Of a stretch of DNA of 46,255 nucleotides, positions 36,268 through 46,255 are shown piece after piece (position 1 is the first letter of the stretch; every line of letters begins with the position of its first letter). The stretch spans positions 62,001 through 108,255 of the forward strand of contig JAVECO010000071.1 in the NCBI GenBank assembly GCA_051942205.1, given 5' to 3'. A model generated the notes under the pieces. The model was not told the DNA's origin and ran no database searches. It saw only the letters and a program-made list of their open reading frames with translations. The translations under genes and the position numbers were made by a program. This stretch comes from Coniocarpon cinnabarinum. Taxonomy: Eukaryota.

Positions 36268-39200
36268 ATGGCTGCCGCGACGACTGGCGGTCACTCACGC
36301 ACTCCCTCAATGGGAGCTCCCATCACCGACATCGGTGCAATTGGACCTGGCTTTAGGTGAGTGAGCCAGGCTCTCCGGTGTATGACCCTATTCGTGTCAC
36401 GCATACCCTACTGTAGACATGTCTGTTGTACTCTATTTATGCTATAGGATCGACCGCCATTAGCATAGCAAGTATCGATGCTGACCGCCAGCAACATAGC
36501 CGCCCAAAATTCAAGCGTACCGTCACTGGCCCAGGTCCGGGCGAGATCAAGTCCGTCGAGTCTTCTATTCCCCAGCAGCAACGGTCTGCCTGGAAGAAGC
36601 ATTCCAAGACTGGCTTCAAGACCCGGGACGAATTTGAAGACGAAGTGGTACACCACATCGAGACTACGCGTGAGTAGCCGCGAAACGTATTAGGGCCACA
36701 TAGGCTGATCGACACGCTCAGTCGCTCGTTCGTTGTACAATTGTGATGAGTATGCTGCCTATTGCGGGGCAGCGTTGGCGTTCCGGGATCGCTTGGTCAT
36801 CGACTGGAACCGAACGCAACAGCAACACTCCTTTGCTGACAAGAAACGCGTCTATTACCTCTCGCTTGAGTTCCTCATGGGCAGAGCCATGGACAATGCC
36901 ATGCTCAATGTCGGCCTCAAAGATGTCGCTCGAGAAGGTATGTCTGATCTGGGCTTCCGGCTGGAAGATGTTGTGCAGCAGGAGCGAGATGCCGCCCTCG
37001 GTAATGGTGGGTTAGGTCGCCTTGCTGCCTGTTTCCTCGATAGCATGGCGTCTATGAACTACCCGTCATGGGGTTACGGCCTGAGGTACCGCTATGGTAT
37101 CTTCAAGCAGGAAATCGTCAATGGCTACCAAGTCGAGGTACCGGACTACTGGATTGACTTCAACCCGTGGGAGTTTCCACGTCACGATGTCACCGTCGAC
37201 ATTTCTTTCTATGGGCAGATACATCGAACTCAAGCGGGCGGCAAGATGATCTATGTGTGGGAGCCGGGCGAGACGGTGACCGCTGTGGCACACGATTGTC
37301 CAATCCCCGGGTACGGAACCGCGACGACCAACAATCTTCGTCTCTGGTCAAGCAAAGCATCTTCCGGCGAGTTTGATTTCCAAAAGTTCAATGCTGGCGA
37401 CTATGAAGGCTCCGTCGGTGATCAACAGAGAGCCGAAACCATCTCTAATGTTTTGTATCCTAATGAGAACTTTGAGCGAGGCAAGGAGCTGCGTTTGAGG
37501 CAGCAGTACTTCTGGTGCGCTGCCTCCTTGTTTGACATTGTCCGGCGGTTCAAGAAGAGCAAACGTCCTTGGAGCTCCTTCACGGATCAAGTTGCGATTC
37601 AGCTGAATGACACGCATCCCACGCTTGCCATCCCTGAGCTGATGCGCATCTTGCTGGATCAAGAAGACTTGGACTGGGATGAAGCTTGGGACATCACGAT
37701 CAACACATTCGGGTAAGTTTGGAGCAATGTGACAATCCTCGGGCGTGTATCCTTTCCGGAGATCGTGAGAAAGCCACCAAGAATGGCTTCGCTGATCCCG
37801 CGTGTATGCAAGCTCGATCATGCTAACCTTTGCGCATAGCTACACAAATCACACAGTCATGTCAGAAGCTCTTGAGCGCTGGTCTGTGCCTCTTGTGCAG
37901 AATCTATTGCCACGCCATCTCCAAATTATATACGATATCAACATGTACTTCCTGCAAGATGTCGAGAAGCGATTCCCCGGGGATCGGGACCTCCTCGGGC
38001 GAGTTTCGATTATCGAAGAGAGCCAGCCGAAGATGGTTCGCATGGGCTACCTAGCAATCATTGGTGCGTACAATGGTGCTCCGAAATATTCTTCCTAGAC
38101 ATCCGCTGACAGACGGCAGGCTCGCACAAGGTCAACGGCGTTGCAGAGCTGCACTCGGAGCTCCTGCGCACGACCCTGTTCAAAGACTTTGTCAAAATAT
38201 ATGGTGCAGACAAGTTTACTAATGTCACCAACGGCGTCACCCCACGTGAGTCCAGAACTAGCCATGATGGGTGCTTCTTCGCCATCAACAAGAATACTTA
38301 CAGTGACTTTCAGGACGCTGGCTCAACCAGGCTAATCCTCGCCTCTCTGAGCTTATTGCCTCCAAGCTTGGTGGCTACGGCTACCTCACCGACTTTACTC
38401 GACTGAGCGAGCTCGAAAAGTTCCTCGATGACAAGAGTTTCCGCACAGAGTGGGCCGAGATCAAGCACGCCAACAAAGTTCGCCTTGCTCAGTTCATCAA
38501 AGAGACGACTGGTGTGACGGTCAACCCTAACGCCCTATTTGACATCCAGGTGAAGCGTATGCACGAGTACAAGCGCCAGCAGCTCAACATCTTTGGGGCT
38601 ATTCATCGATATCTCACCATCAAGAAGATGAGTCCAGAAGAGAGAAAGAAGTTAGGCCCGCATGTGACTGTACGCAACCCTTGCCATGCGCTCTACAGGA
38701 GCAAAGACGATGTGCTAACGTGTCTGACAGATCATTGGAGGCAAAGCCGCTCCCGGCTACTACATGGCCAAGTCCGTCATCCACCTCATCAACAAAGTCG
38801 GCGCCATCGTCAACAACGACCCCATCATCGGCGACCTCATGAAGGTCATCTTCGTCGAAGACTACAACGTCAGTAAATGCGAACAGTACCTCGTCCCCGC
38901 CTCCGACATCTCCGAGCACATCTCCACAGCCGGCACTGAAGGCAGCGGCACCAGCTGCATGAAGTTTGTCATTAATGGCGGTCTCATCATTGGCACGTGT
39001 GATGGTGCCAACATCGAGGTGAGTTTGCCGAGTCACTGTTCCATCCCCCAATCTATCCTGGAAGGAAGGTTTGACGCGTAAACAGATCACCCGCGAAATC
39101 GGCGAAGACCAAATCTACCTCTTCGGCAACCTCGCCGAGAAAGTTGAAGACCTCCGCCACGCCCATTTATACGCCTCGAACCGTCCAAAACTGGATCCCG

Positions 39201-39520
39201 ACCTCGCCGAAGTCTTCGCGGCGATCCGTCGCGGCACGTTCGCCGAGCCCGATCAATACAACGCATTGCTCGACAGCATCGAGCACCACGGCGATTATTA
39301 CCTCGTCAGCGACGATTTCCACAGCTACATCGAGACGCAGCGACTCATTGAGAAGGACTTCTTTGGCGATCGGGAGGCGTGGTTGGACAAGAGTATCCTT
39401 GCTACGTCCCGGATGGGATTCTTCAGTAGTGATCGCTGCATTACTGAGTATGCGGAGGGGATTTGGAACGTGGAGCCGGTGCCTGTGAGGGCAGAGAACA
39501 TTGAGAACGGGGACGCGTAA
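36268..39520 (+). CDS. GPH1: Glycogen phosphorylase, 892 aa, 8 exons
   Basis: Exons 36268-36356, 36500-36669, 36722-37712, 37840-38063, 38120-38245, 38314-38669, 38731-39018, 39086-39520 total 2679 nt in frame, all GT-AG. Motifs [68 protein letters not shown]-Lys in SGTSCMKF, and the N-terminal regulatory KRTVTG. Confidence 0.97.
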
Positions 39521-39894
39521 GTGATGGATTGATGTTGTTGGTCAGTGTGAGGAATCGAGTTCAGGTTTGGTAGAGGGTGACAAGGATAAGAACAAGATCA
39601 GGCATCGAGGATCAATCAAGGATCAATTCAAGGTAGTGGTTCCTAAGTAAGTACAAGACTTCGCATACAGAACGAGAAGAAGAAAAGTACTCTACAGCGG
39701 GCGGCAATCCTTCGGTATGCATCCACTCGCCTCTCTTTAGCTTTTGAGTTTGCTTGACAGTTGCGCCTTTGCCTTTGTCCGGCAATAAGGGGAGTATTTG
39801 GCGCCACCACCCCTAGATGTTAAGGCCACCGCAAAAATTGAGGTCTGTATACAAAGCAAGGCACGCTATTTAACCTATCCTTCTCAGTTATAAG

Positions 39895-40045
39895 AAAAAG
39901 GTTCTTCTATACGCAAAGCAGAGCTTAAAAGCTGCCTTTATCTCAAAGCAGAGCCTAAAAGCTCCCTTTATCAGAAGTAGAGTCCTTTATATGTACGTAA
40001 AGCAAAAGTAGGGTTCTTTACGTAGGAGTAGGGCTCTTTACATAC
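39895..40045. repeat. Degenerate TpA-rich minisatellite-like repeats
   Basis: CAAAGCAGAGC(T/C)TAAAAGCT(G/C)CCTTTATC occurs twice (about 39914 and 39944), followed by AGTAG(A/G)G..CTTTA-like units. Confidence 0.55.
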
Positions 40046-40070
40046 AGTAAAGGTGCTACAAGTGCTACGT

Positions 40071-40358
40071 ACAGTGCATCCCAAATACACTGACACACTT
40101 CCTAGAGTCTTGGCACAGAAAAAAAGATTATTTTCTCATCTACCGAGTCGCATGAATGCATATTTGATACCGGCGCAAGCCTAAGAGATCCTAAACATTG
40201 TCTACTATGTAGTTCGACAGCGTTGTCTTAGGACCTAGATATTCTAATTTGCTTAGTAAGACGTTCCTAGAAGTGTTTGATAGGCAGTCCTTGAAAAGAA
40301 CCGAACTTGTCTATGCCAAGATCTCAAAAAGCGTGTCAGTGTATTTGAAGTGCACTGT
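40071..40358. repeat. Long inverted repeat / fold-back element 1
   Basis: 40071-40119 versus reverse complement of 40310-40358 is 38/49 identical without gaps, with a 15-bp perfect core CAAATACACTGACAC. Inner TCCTAA/TTAGGA pair (40189/40228) shares nearly the same centre (about 40212). Confidence 0.85.
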
Positions 40359-40544
40359 TTTGTAAGAACGTAGCTAGCGCCAGACACATTTTGTAGAGGA
40401 ACATCACGTGTGATGGTGGCCTGGCGCCCAGTTTTCCTGGCAATCAGAAGGGATGGGATCATGCGCTGATGTCAGTTCCAATTGGGAATCAATATCTTCC
40501 ACTGCTGTAGCTTCGATCCATCATCCGAGTCACAACTTCAGACC

Positions 40545-40870
40545 GCGCTTCCCAACTACAAATGGATACAAAGTTTGCGCGCCTGCAGGCTATTCTTCGC
40601 ACGATCGCGTCGTGTTTCGAACTTTGAAATCACCAAAGCAACGCTATTTCGAACGCTCAAACAAACGTAGGCATATAATTGCTACGTAAGAATAGAGCTC
40701 TTATACGTACTACAGCAGCCTGTATAGGCTTCTAAAGTCGTAAGTATACGCCTACGTGCGTTTCAGCGTTCTAAATAGCGTTGCTTTGGTGGTTTCAGAG
40801 GTACAGAAGGCGTCTGTAATTGTGCGGACGACAACTGCGCGAATTTCTACTTACTTGTAGTTGTGAGGAG
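40545..40870. repeat. Long inverted repeat / fold-back element 2
   Basis: 40622-40681 versus reverse complement of 40741-40800 is 51/60 identical, with a 19-bp perfect core CACCAAAGCAACGCTATTT. Weaker pairing continues outward (CAACTACAA at about 40553 / TTGTAGTTG at about 40855). Confidence 0.88.
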
Positions 40871-41829
40871 CTATGCTGAGTCCAAATGGGGTCTGCCGAC
40901 GTATGACGTGTAGCGTGCCATCTGGGTAGCTTAAGTGTGATAAAAGGTCAATATCAGGTGCTGCAGTGTCGATTGGGTCTGGGAGATAGTCCTAAGTAAG
41001 GTTCGGAAGCGAGCGAGGCAAGCGGGAAGACTGCTTTACTAGAGTTGTCAACGTGGGATGGATGTCACCGGCTGGTATCCACAGCACGCGAACATCAAGG
41101 CTCTTGATTCTATTCTATTTCCGTGAGCTGCACACGGATTTCAAGAATGCAGCTTTCAAAAGCTACCTCGCTATTCTACCTCGCTATTCTCAGTTGCAAG
41201 TGAGACTCGGTATATGCGAAAGTCACTCTAAGCACGAAGCTGTCTTTACTTCGTACTCGACGTCGTTCGGTTGCTTCTCCCTTTCCCTATATGAGACGCT
41301 AGACGCGAGATTTTTGTGCGTATCGATGGTAGTGCTCGTCTTTGATAAGAGATGGAAATGTGTTGCTTCCTTTTGGAACTCAGTTGCTTCGCTTCGGCAC
41401 TCCAACACCCATGACATCGGTTCGATATCGAGCAGAATAGCGTTTGCGCTGCAGCTTGTTGTCTAGCGATTTAGGCGTTCGATCTAGTCAGTCTTGCGTT
41501 GAGTAATATCCTACATCGTCTTCCTGATATGATCTTGGGGTCGTTTGACAGTGCAGGTCATCCCGAGATTCCTACGTCGCCCGTGAAGTCGTTGAACTTT
41601 TGCATCTTCTCGTCTCGTCTCGTTTCGAAAGATAGGGGTATCTCACGCTTACATCCTCCCTCAGATATAGACCGGGGAAGTCTCAAGCGCATGTGTGCAT
41701 TCATTTCGAGCTTAGATGCAGAAGATGCAGTATCAGCCTTGCTTCAGCATTCAGCTTGACTTTTTCTGTAGAATTGAGCTACCTGCATGTTAGATATAGC
41801 TTTAATTAGGATTTAAATATGCGAGATAC

Positions 41830-41997
41830 TTTGGACTCGATCTAGGACTCGGTCTTAGACTCGATCTTAGACTCTATCTTAGACTTGATCTTAGACTTGA
41901 TCTTAGACTCGATCTTAGACTCGATCTTAGACTTGATCTTAGACTTAAACTTAGACTTGATATGGATCTGGGATCCGATCCAGATCTTAGACTCGAT
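41830..41997. repeat. 12-bp minisatellite, consensus CTTAGACTYGAT, 11 consecutive copies plus one
   Basis: Units read directly from 41830-41961, with another copy at 41986-41997. The minus strand reads (R-S-S-L/P)n. Confidence 0.9.
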
Positions 41998-42603
41998 CTA
42001 GATCCAGAACTTGAGTAGACCCAAGACTCGACTAAATTTGCTTCAACCGAGTCTCTACCCCACACAAAGTCCGCTCCGGCACTGCGTTTGATCACCATCG
42101 AAACTCGTAACGTTGCAATGTCACCGTGTTATTCAAAGAGACCGCGCAAAGAGAAGACCCTACCGGTTTTCCAAGGAAGAGAAAGAAGAGGCAAAACCAA
42201 TGAAGCAAAATGAGCAGTTTTCGAAAACGATGGAAAGAGGTTCAAAAATTTGGTTGACCTCAATCGTGAGGAAGTCTTTGAGAAAGCCACGGGAAGAAGA
42301 GGAAAGCGATACAGCTTTTGCATGCTTGACACTGTGGTTGCGGTCACAACGCGTTTCAGTCGCGTCTCTGTCTAGCTCATCTCAGCACTCAGTTATACCA
42401 TGACCAAGAATAGATCACTCAACGGCCTTCACTCTTAAAAGGAGTTTTGCTCACCGTAGCCAAGCTTGTCGCTGGTAATGATGAGTCAGAAAGGAGGCAA
42501 AGGCCTGTGCAGCCGATGGACACCGGCGTACCGTCCTTTCTCGAGCCCTCCGTCCTCGACCTCGATTCATTTTCTGGATGCCACAGCCGATCCAAGAAAG
42601 TGC

Positions 42604-44797
42604 CTACACCTTCTCCACAAACTCAGGCCCATCCTTCTCCTTAACCACGCGACCATCACTCAACCCTCCATCTTCGAGATCCCCACCACCGCCCATACTT
42701 CCTCGCCTGACACGGACCCTTCTTCTCACATCACCCAACCGTTCCCGCTCTAGACTCCTCATCACATCCTCGGTGCGTCCTAGGCTCTTGCCTTTCTTGA
42801 TGTCAGGATTGGCAGTGTCTTTGGATGGCAGATCGGTCGTGAAGAGGTAGTCCATTTCTTCTAGAGTAAGGTTGGCGGTCTCGGGGTAGACGAAGAAGAC
42901 TAGGGGTATGAAGGCGAGGTTGAGGCACATGAAGATAAGATAGCCTTGTTGGATTGTTAGCTGGACAACTTTCGAGAGAAACCTGAGAGAGGCCAGAAAA
43001 ATAGGGTATTGGAATTTAAAGCTGCTCGAGAACAATAACAGAAAAGACTGGAGATGACGATGCAGCTACAACGTCGAACACAGACAATAAGAGATTTAGC
43101 GTAGAAGCAGCGATAGCATTCGGAACTGTTGGACGGAGGGGAAAGAAAGAAGTATACGCACCTTTCCATGCCAAGTTGGTTATCAGCGTCGGCGTGATCA
43201 TGACAACGAAGAACTATTTCATGTCAGTGTTGGTAAACTTCAGTGCGAACATCATTGTAGCTGCTTCTGCAAACAAGCAATTACGCCACTACTCAGCAAA
43301 GCAATGAACTTACATTCCAGAGCCAATTAGCGCTGATTCCCACAGCTGTTCCTTTCGACCTCGCATGCAGTGGCAGTATTTCAGGCACATAGACCCATGG
43401 GATGCAGTTGGCCGTGCTCCCGAAGATGAGCATGTACAGAAAGAAGAACGCTACACTCGCAGCGGCGTAGTTCTTGCCCTCAATCGAAAGGAGGATTGAA
43501 ATCATCATCATGCAGATGGCAAGACCAAAGGAGCCCCACATCATAGGACGCCGACGTCCCAGACGATCGAGGAAGAGGGCAGGAACGAGCTGTTCATATT
43601 GTTAGTCGTTTTGCATACATCCAAGCAGCTTGAGCGTGAATTAGGGGCAGGGGATGTGAGATGCATCACGTGACATACCGACCCAATCGGGAACATGATC
43701 TGGATAACGCCACCCAGTAGAAGGCTGAGATTTCGAGACAGCTTCACATTATCTTCCAAGACGGATGTCACGTAGTAGACAACTAGATTGATGCCGCCCA
43801 TTTGATTCATAAATTGCATTCCTGAACGGTGTCGTATTAGCTGGGATCAACGTGCAGAGCCTCGTCACTCCCAATGTGTGACTTACCGTAAGCAAGCATC
43901 ACCCGTTTGCCGGTCTGGACCTCATCTCTTGTAAGCAATTGACTCCAATTGTATTCGCCAGTCTCGCGCTCGGTAGCCAGCGCTTCCAGAATATCCTCCT
44001 GCTCAATCCGGATCTTGTCATCTTCAGGCTGACCATCATAGACATCGCATAGAACCTGAAGAGCCTCCTCGTTGCGTCCATGTTTGTAGAGGTATCGCGG
44101 TGACTCAGGCAAGCCGAAGACGAGCACAATCACGACAAAGGCGAAGACGACCTGACAAGCGATGGGTACACGCCATGCTTCTGAGCCGGAGGTGAAGCTC
44201 ATACCGTAGTCGAACCAGTACGAAATGACGATGCCGATACCGACAAACAGTGGCTCTGCTGAAACGATTCGACCACGTTTGCTTGCCTCACACAACTCCG
44301 ATTGATACATGGGCACTGTGCTCGTCTCGATACCAGTGCCGATCCCCGTCACATACCGCGCAATCATTATCTGCGGCTTGCCATATGATGTGCATTGTAG
44401 TGCTGCGCCTACAATGATGAAGGCCATGGCGAGCCACATGGCGCGGCGACGACCGGTGATTTCGGCTGTGAAAAAGTTGACGATGCATCCAGAAAAGGCA
44501 CCTAAGTTGTAGATGGACACAATGATCCCTTCGAGGGCAGAGTCGGGGTGCTTAACCACGTTTAGAAAGTCTTCATTGCCGACGATGCCACTGAAGACGC
44601 CTTGGTCGTAGCCTATGGGACGACTGTGTTAATTAGGGTTATCGAGTAGCGTTCAAAAAGAGCTGTGTGAGATGGAGACGATGCTGTCCATAGACGAATG
44701 TATGAGCGTTCTTACCGAATAGAATGAAAGCCATCTGGCAGGCTGCAATGATGGCCAACTGCAGCTTAAAGCCGCGACCAAACATATTAATCTTCAT
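42604..44797 (-). CDS. MFS sugar porter (STL1-like sugar/polyol:H+ symporter), 539 aa, 6 exons
   Basis: Exons 44797-44716, 44612-43887, 43821-43679, 43589-43314, 43213-43162, 42944-42604 total 1620 nt in frame. Motifs FGYDQG, GRRRAM, VPMYQSE, AWRVPIACQ, PESPRYL, QMGGINLVVYY, DRLGRRR, YVPEILP, YPET..LTLEEMD. Substrate cannot be determined. Confidence 0.92.
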
Positions 44798-45040
44798 CTT
44801 GCACGAGGCTCCCGCAAATCGCCCTAATTCACACAAAGAGATATCAAGAAAAGGAAGATAAATGCAGCTACAGCAAGCATACGAGCGATATGCAAGACCA
44901 ACACCAACACAAGCAAAGTGACGAAATGGCACCCGCAGGCATTCTTGTACCCCAAACCAGCACGCCGGCACATGGCCGTGACGCCTGGCACGCGTTTAAT
45001 CGGCAAGATAGCACCAAGACACTGACAGATGTTCCTGCAG

Positions 45041-45410
45041 GCGGGGCATGAAGTGAAAATCACCAATGTTGATGCATGATTGGACACGCAGCAGTCGTCA
45101 AACGGTGCGGAGATGACTGCGAGATGGGTTGTGATGCGGGGATAAGGTTGCTGCTTAGTCTGGGCTGGGAAGCTGTAAGATGGGTGAGGCTGGCAAGATT
45201 TCGGTCTTCCATCGGTCGATGCTGATTGACGTTGTCGCGATTGCTCGACAACATTCAATAAGTCTATTTCCAAAGCTTGCGTGGTTCAGAGAGCCGCGTT
45301 GCTGTAAGCCGGCTGGGTAAGTAAGGTGAAAGACACGCTGTGCGGCGCCTGTAGTACGAATGAGATTACAATCACGTGATAATGACGTCCCTAGTATAGC
45401 TTGGCCGGAG
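45041..45410. promoter_or_regulatory. Candidate CreA (SYGGRG) sites plus E-box/CRE in the sugar-porter / OM14-like shared promoter
   Basis: GCGGGG 45041, GCGGAG 45107, GCGGGG 45136, CCGGAG 45405; perfect palindrome ATCACGTGAT 45371-45380, followed by TGACGT. Confidence 0.4.
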
Positions 45411-45682
45411 AAGCTCCTCATTGCGGGAAGTTGGTAGCAGTAGTAAGCTTTGTCGCGCGTGTTAATGACCGCCAATAACCTCCTCCGTCCGTCACCGCAT
45501 GCGCTCGTGAGAAGTCCAGTCTTCTATTGTCAAAGAGCCCGCGTCTCTTTAAAAGACCGTCCTGTTTCAGACTCCAACCTCCTCACGCACACAGCACTCG
45601 TCCCCTGAAGAGAGTATACCTACCTCTATCTGCAGAAGCACCCAGTTCCCTCTCTGCTTGACCTCGCCTGCAACTACTCAAT

Positions 45683-46255
45683 ATGAGCTACGCCGACGCC
45701 GCCAAAAGCGGCCCACACCAATCTCCTGAAGAAGTAGGCAAGCCTGATTAATCCATCCCAACACAGTTGTGCTGACCAGACCACAGGCGTTCGTCTTTCC
45801 AAACCTCGATTAACACCCAATCTCCTAACCCTTTTCACCAGTCGCGCTCCTCCCGTCGCCCAAGTCGAACCCTCCGAAACCTCCTCTGCGTCTCTAATCG
45901 ACGTCGGTGCGTCTCACTCCCGATTGAATCCACCTACTCTCCACCCAGACTAACACTCTCAAAGACCAACCCCACATCGAAACCGTCCCCCCCAATTTCA
46001 CCTCCCAAGTAGAACAAACAGCCACCCAATCCGAACAACACCAACGCGAATCCATCGACGCCAATATCCCCGATTCCAACACAACCACCAACACCCAGGC
46101 GCAGTCCAAATCCTCAAGCACCCGCAACGATCAGAGCAATGAGCAGAGCAGCGTCAAGAAGCTGCGTCAAGGTGCGGAAGAACACCCCATCGCGTTGGGA
46201 AACGCAGTCGTGGGTGCGGCTTTGGCTGGGGTTCTGGGATGGAGTGGATATCGAT
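45683..46255 (+). CDS. Conserved fungal membrane protein, OM14-like mitochondrial outer membrane family (3' truncated)
   Basis: Exons 45683-45733 (MSYADAAKSGPHQSPEE), 45787-45788 (2 nt), 45842-45906 (RAPPVAQVEPSETSSASLIDV), 45965-end (DQPHIETVPPNFTSQ...EEHPIALGNAVVGAALAGVLGWSGYR). The OM14 call rests on resemblance to the NPVVL.N motif before the TM helix. Confidence 0.7.

Noticed and set aside
36733..39520. Fragmented phosphorylase, transporter and ankyrin ORFs as pseudogenes or frameshifts
   Set aside because: Every break is explained by a canonical GT-AG intron and the spliced lengths are multiples of three.
41830..41997. Repeat array as CRISPR or telomeric repeat
   Set aside because: Contiguous 12-mers without spacers in a eukaryotic genome; the unit is not TTAGGG.

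Overview
Gene-dense eukaryotic DNA from a filamentous ascomycete (Pezizomycotina-type genes; short GT-AG introns with CTRAC/CTAAC branch points). I reconstructed 16 protein-coding genes, mostly with frame-checked exon structures, plus a doubtful partial ORF at the left edge. In order: Vip1-like RRM protein, COX14-family protein, small Cys-rich type I membrane protein, nucleolar RRM-like protein, hypothetical Cys-motif protein, ankyrin-CorA-like fusion, Pro/Gln-rich LURP-one/Tubby-C-like protein, cytochrome c heme lyase, Rtf2, a divergent choline oxidase / betaine aldehyde dehydrogenase pair, the divergent fatty acid synthase alpha/beta pair, glycogen phosphorylase, an MFS sugar porter, and a truncated OM14-like gene. 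Most of this is housekeeping. The least explained features are two adjacent long fold-back (inverted repeat) elements and degenerate minisatellites at 39.8-42.0 kb, a frame-required 2-nt micro-exon at 45787-45788, a candidate intron over the BADH stop codon that would give a PTS1-like end, and the ankyrin-CorA fusion lacking the GMN motif. I recognised no rRNA, tRNA, CRISPR array or intact transposon. All family calls come from motif recognition, not database searches.
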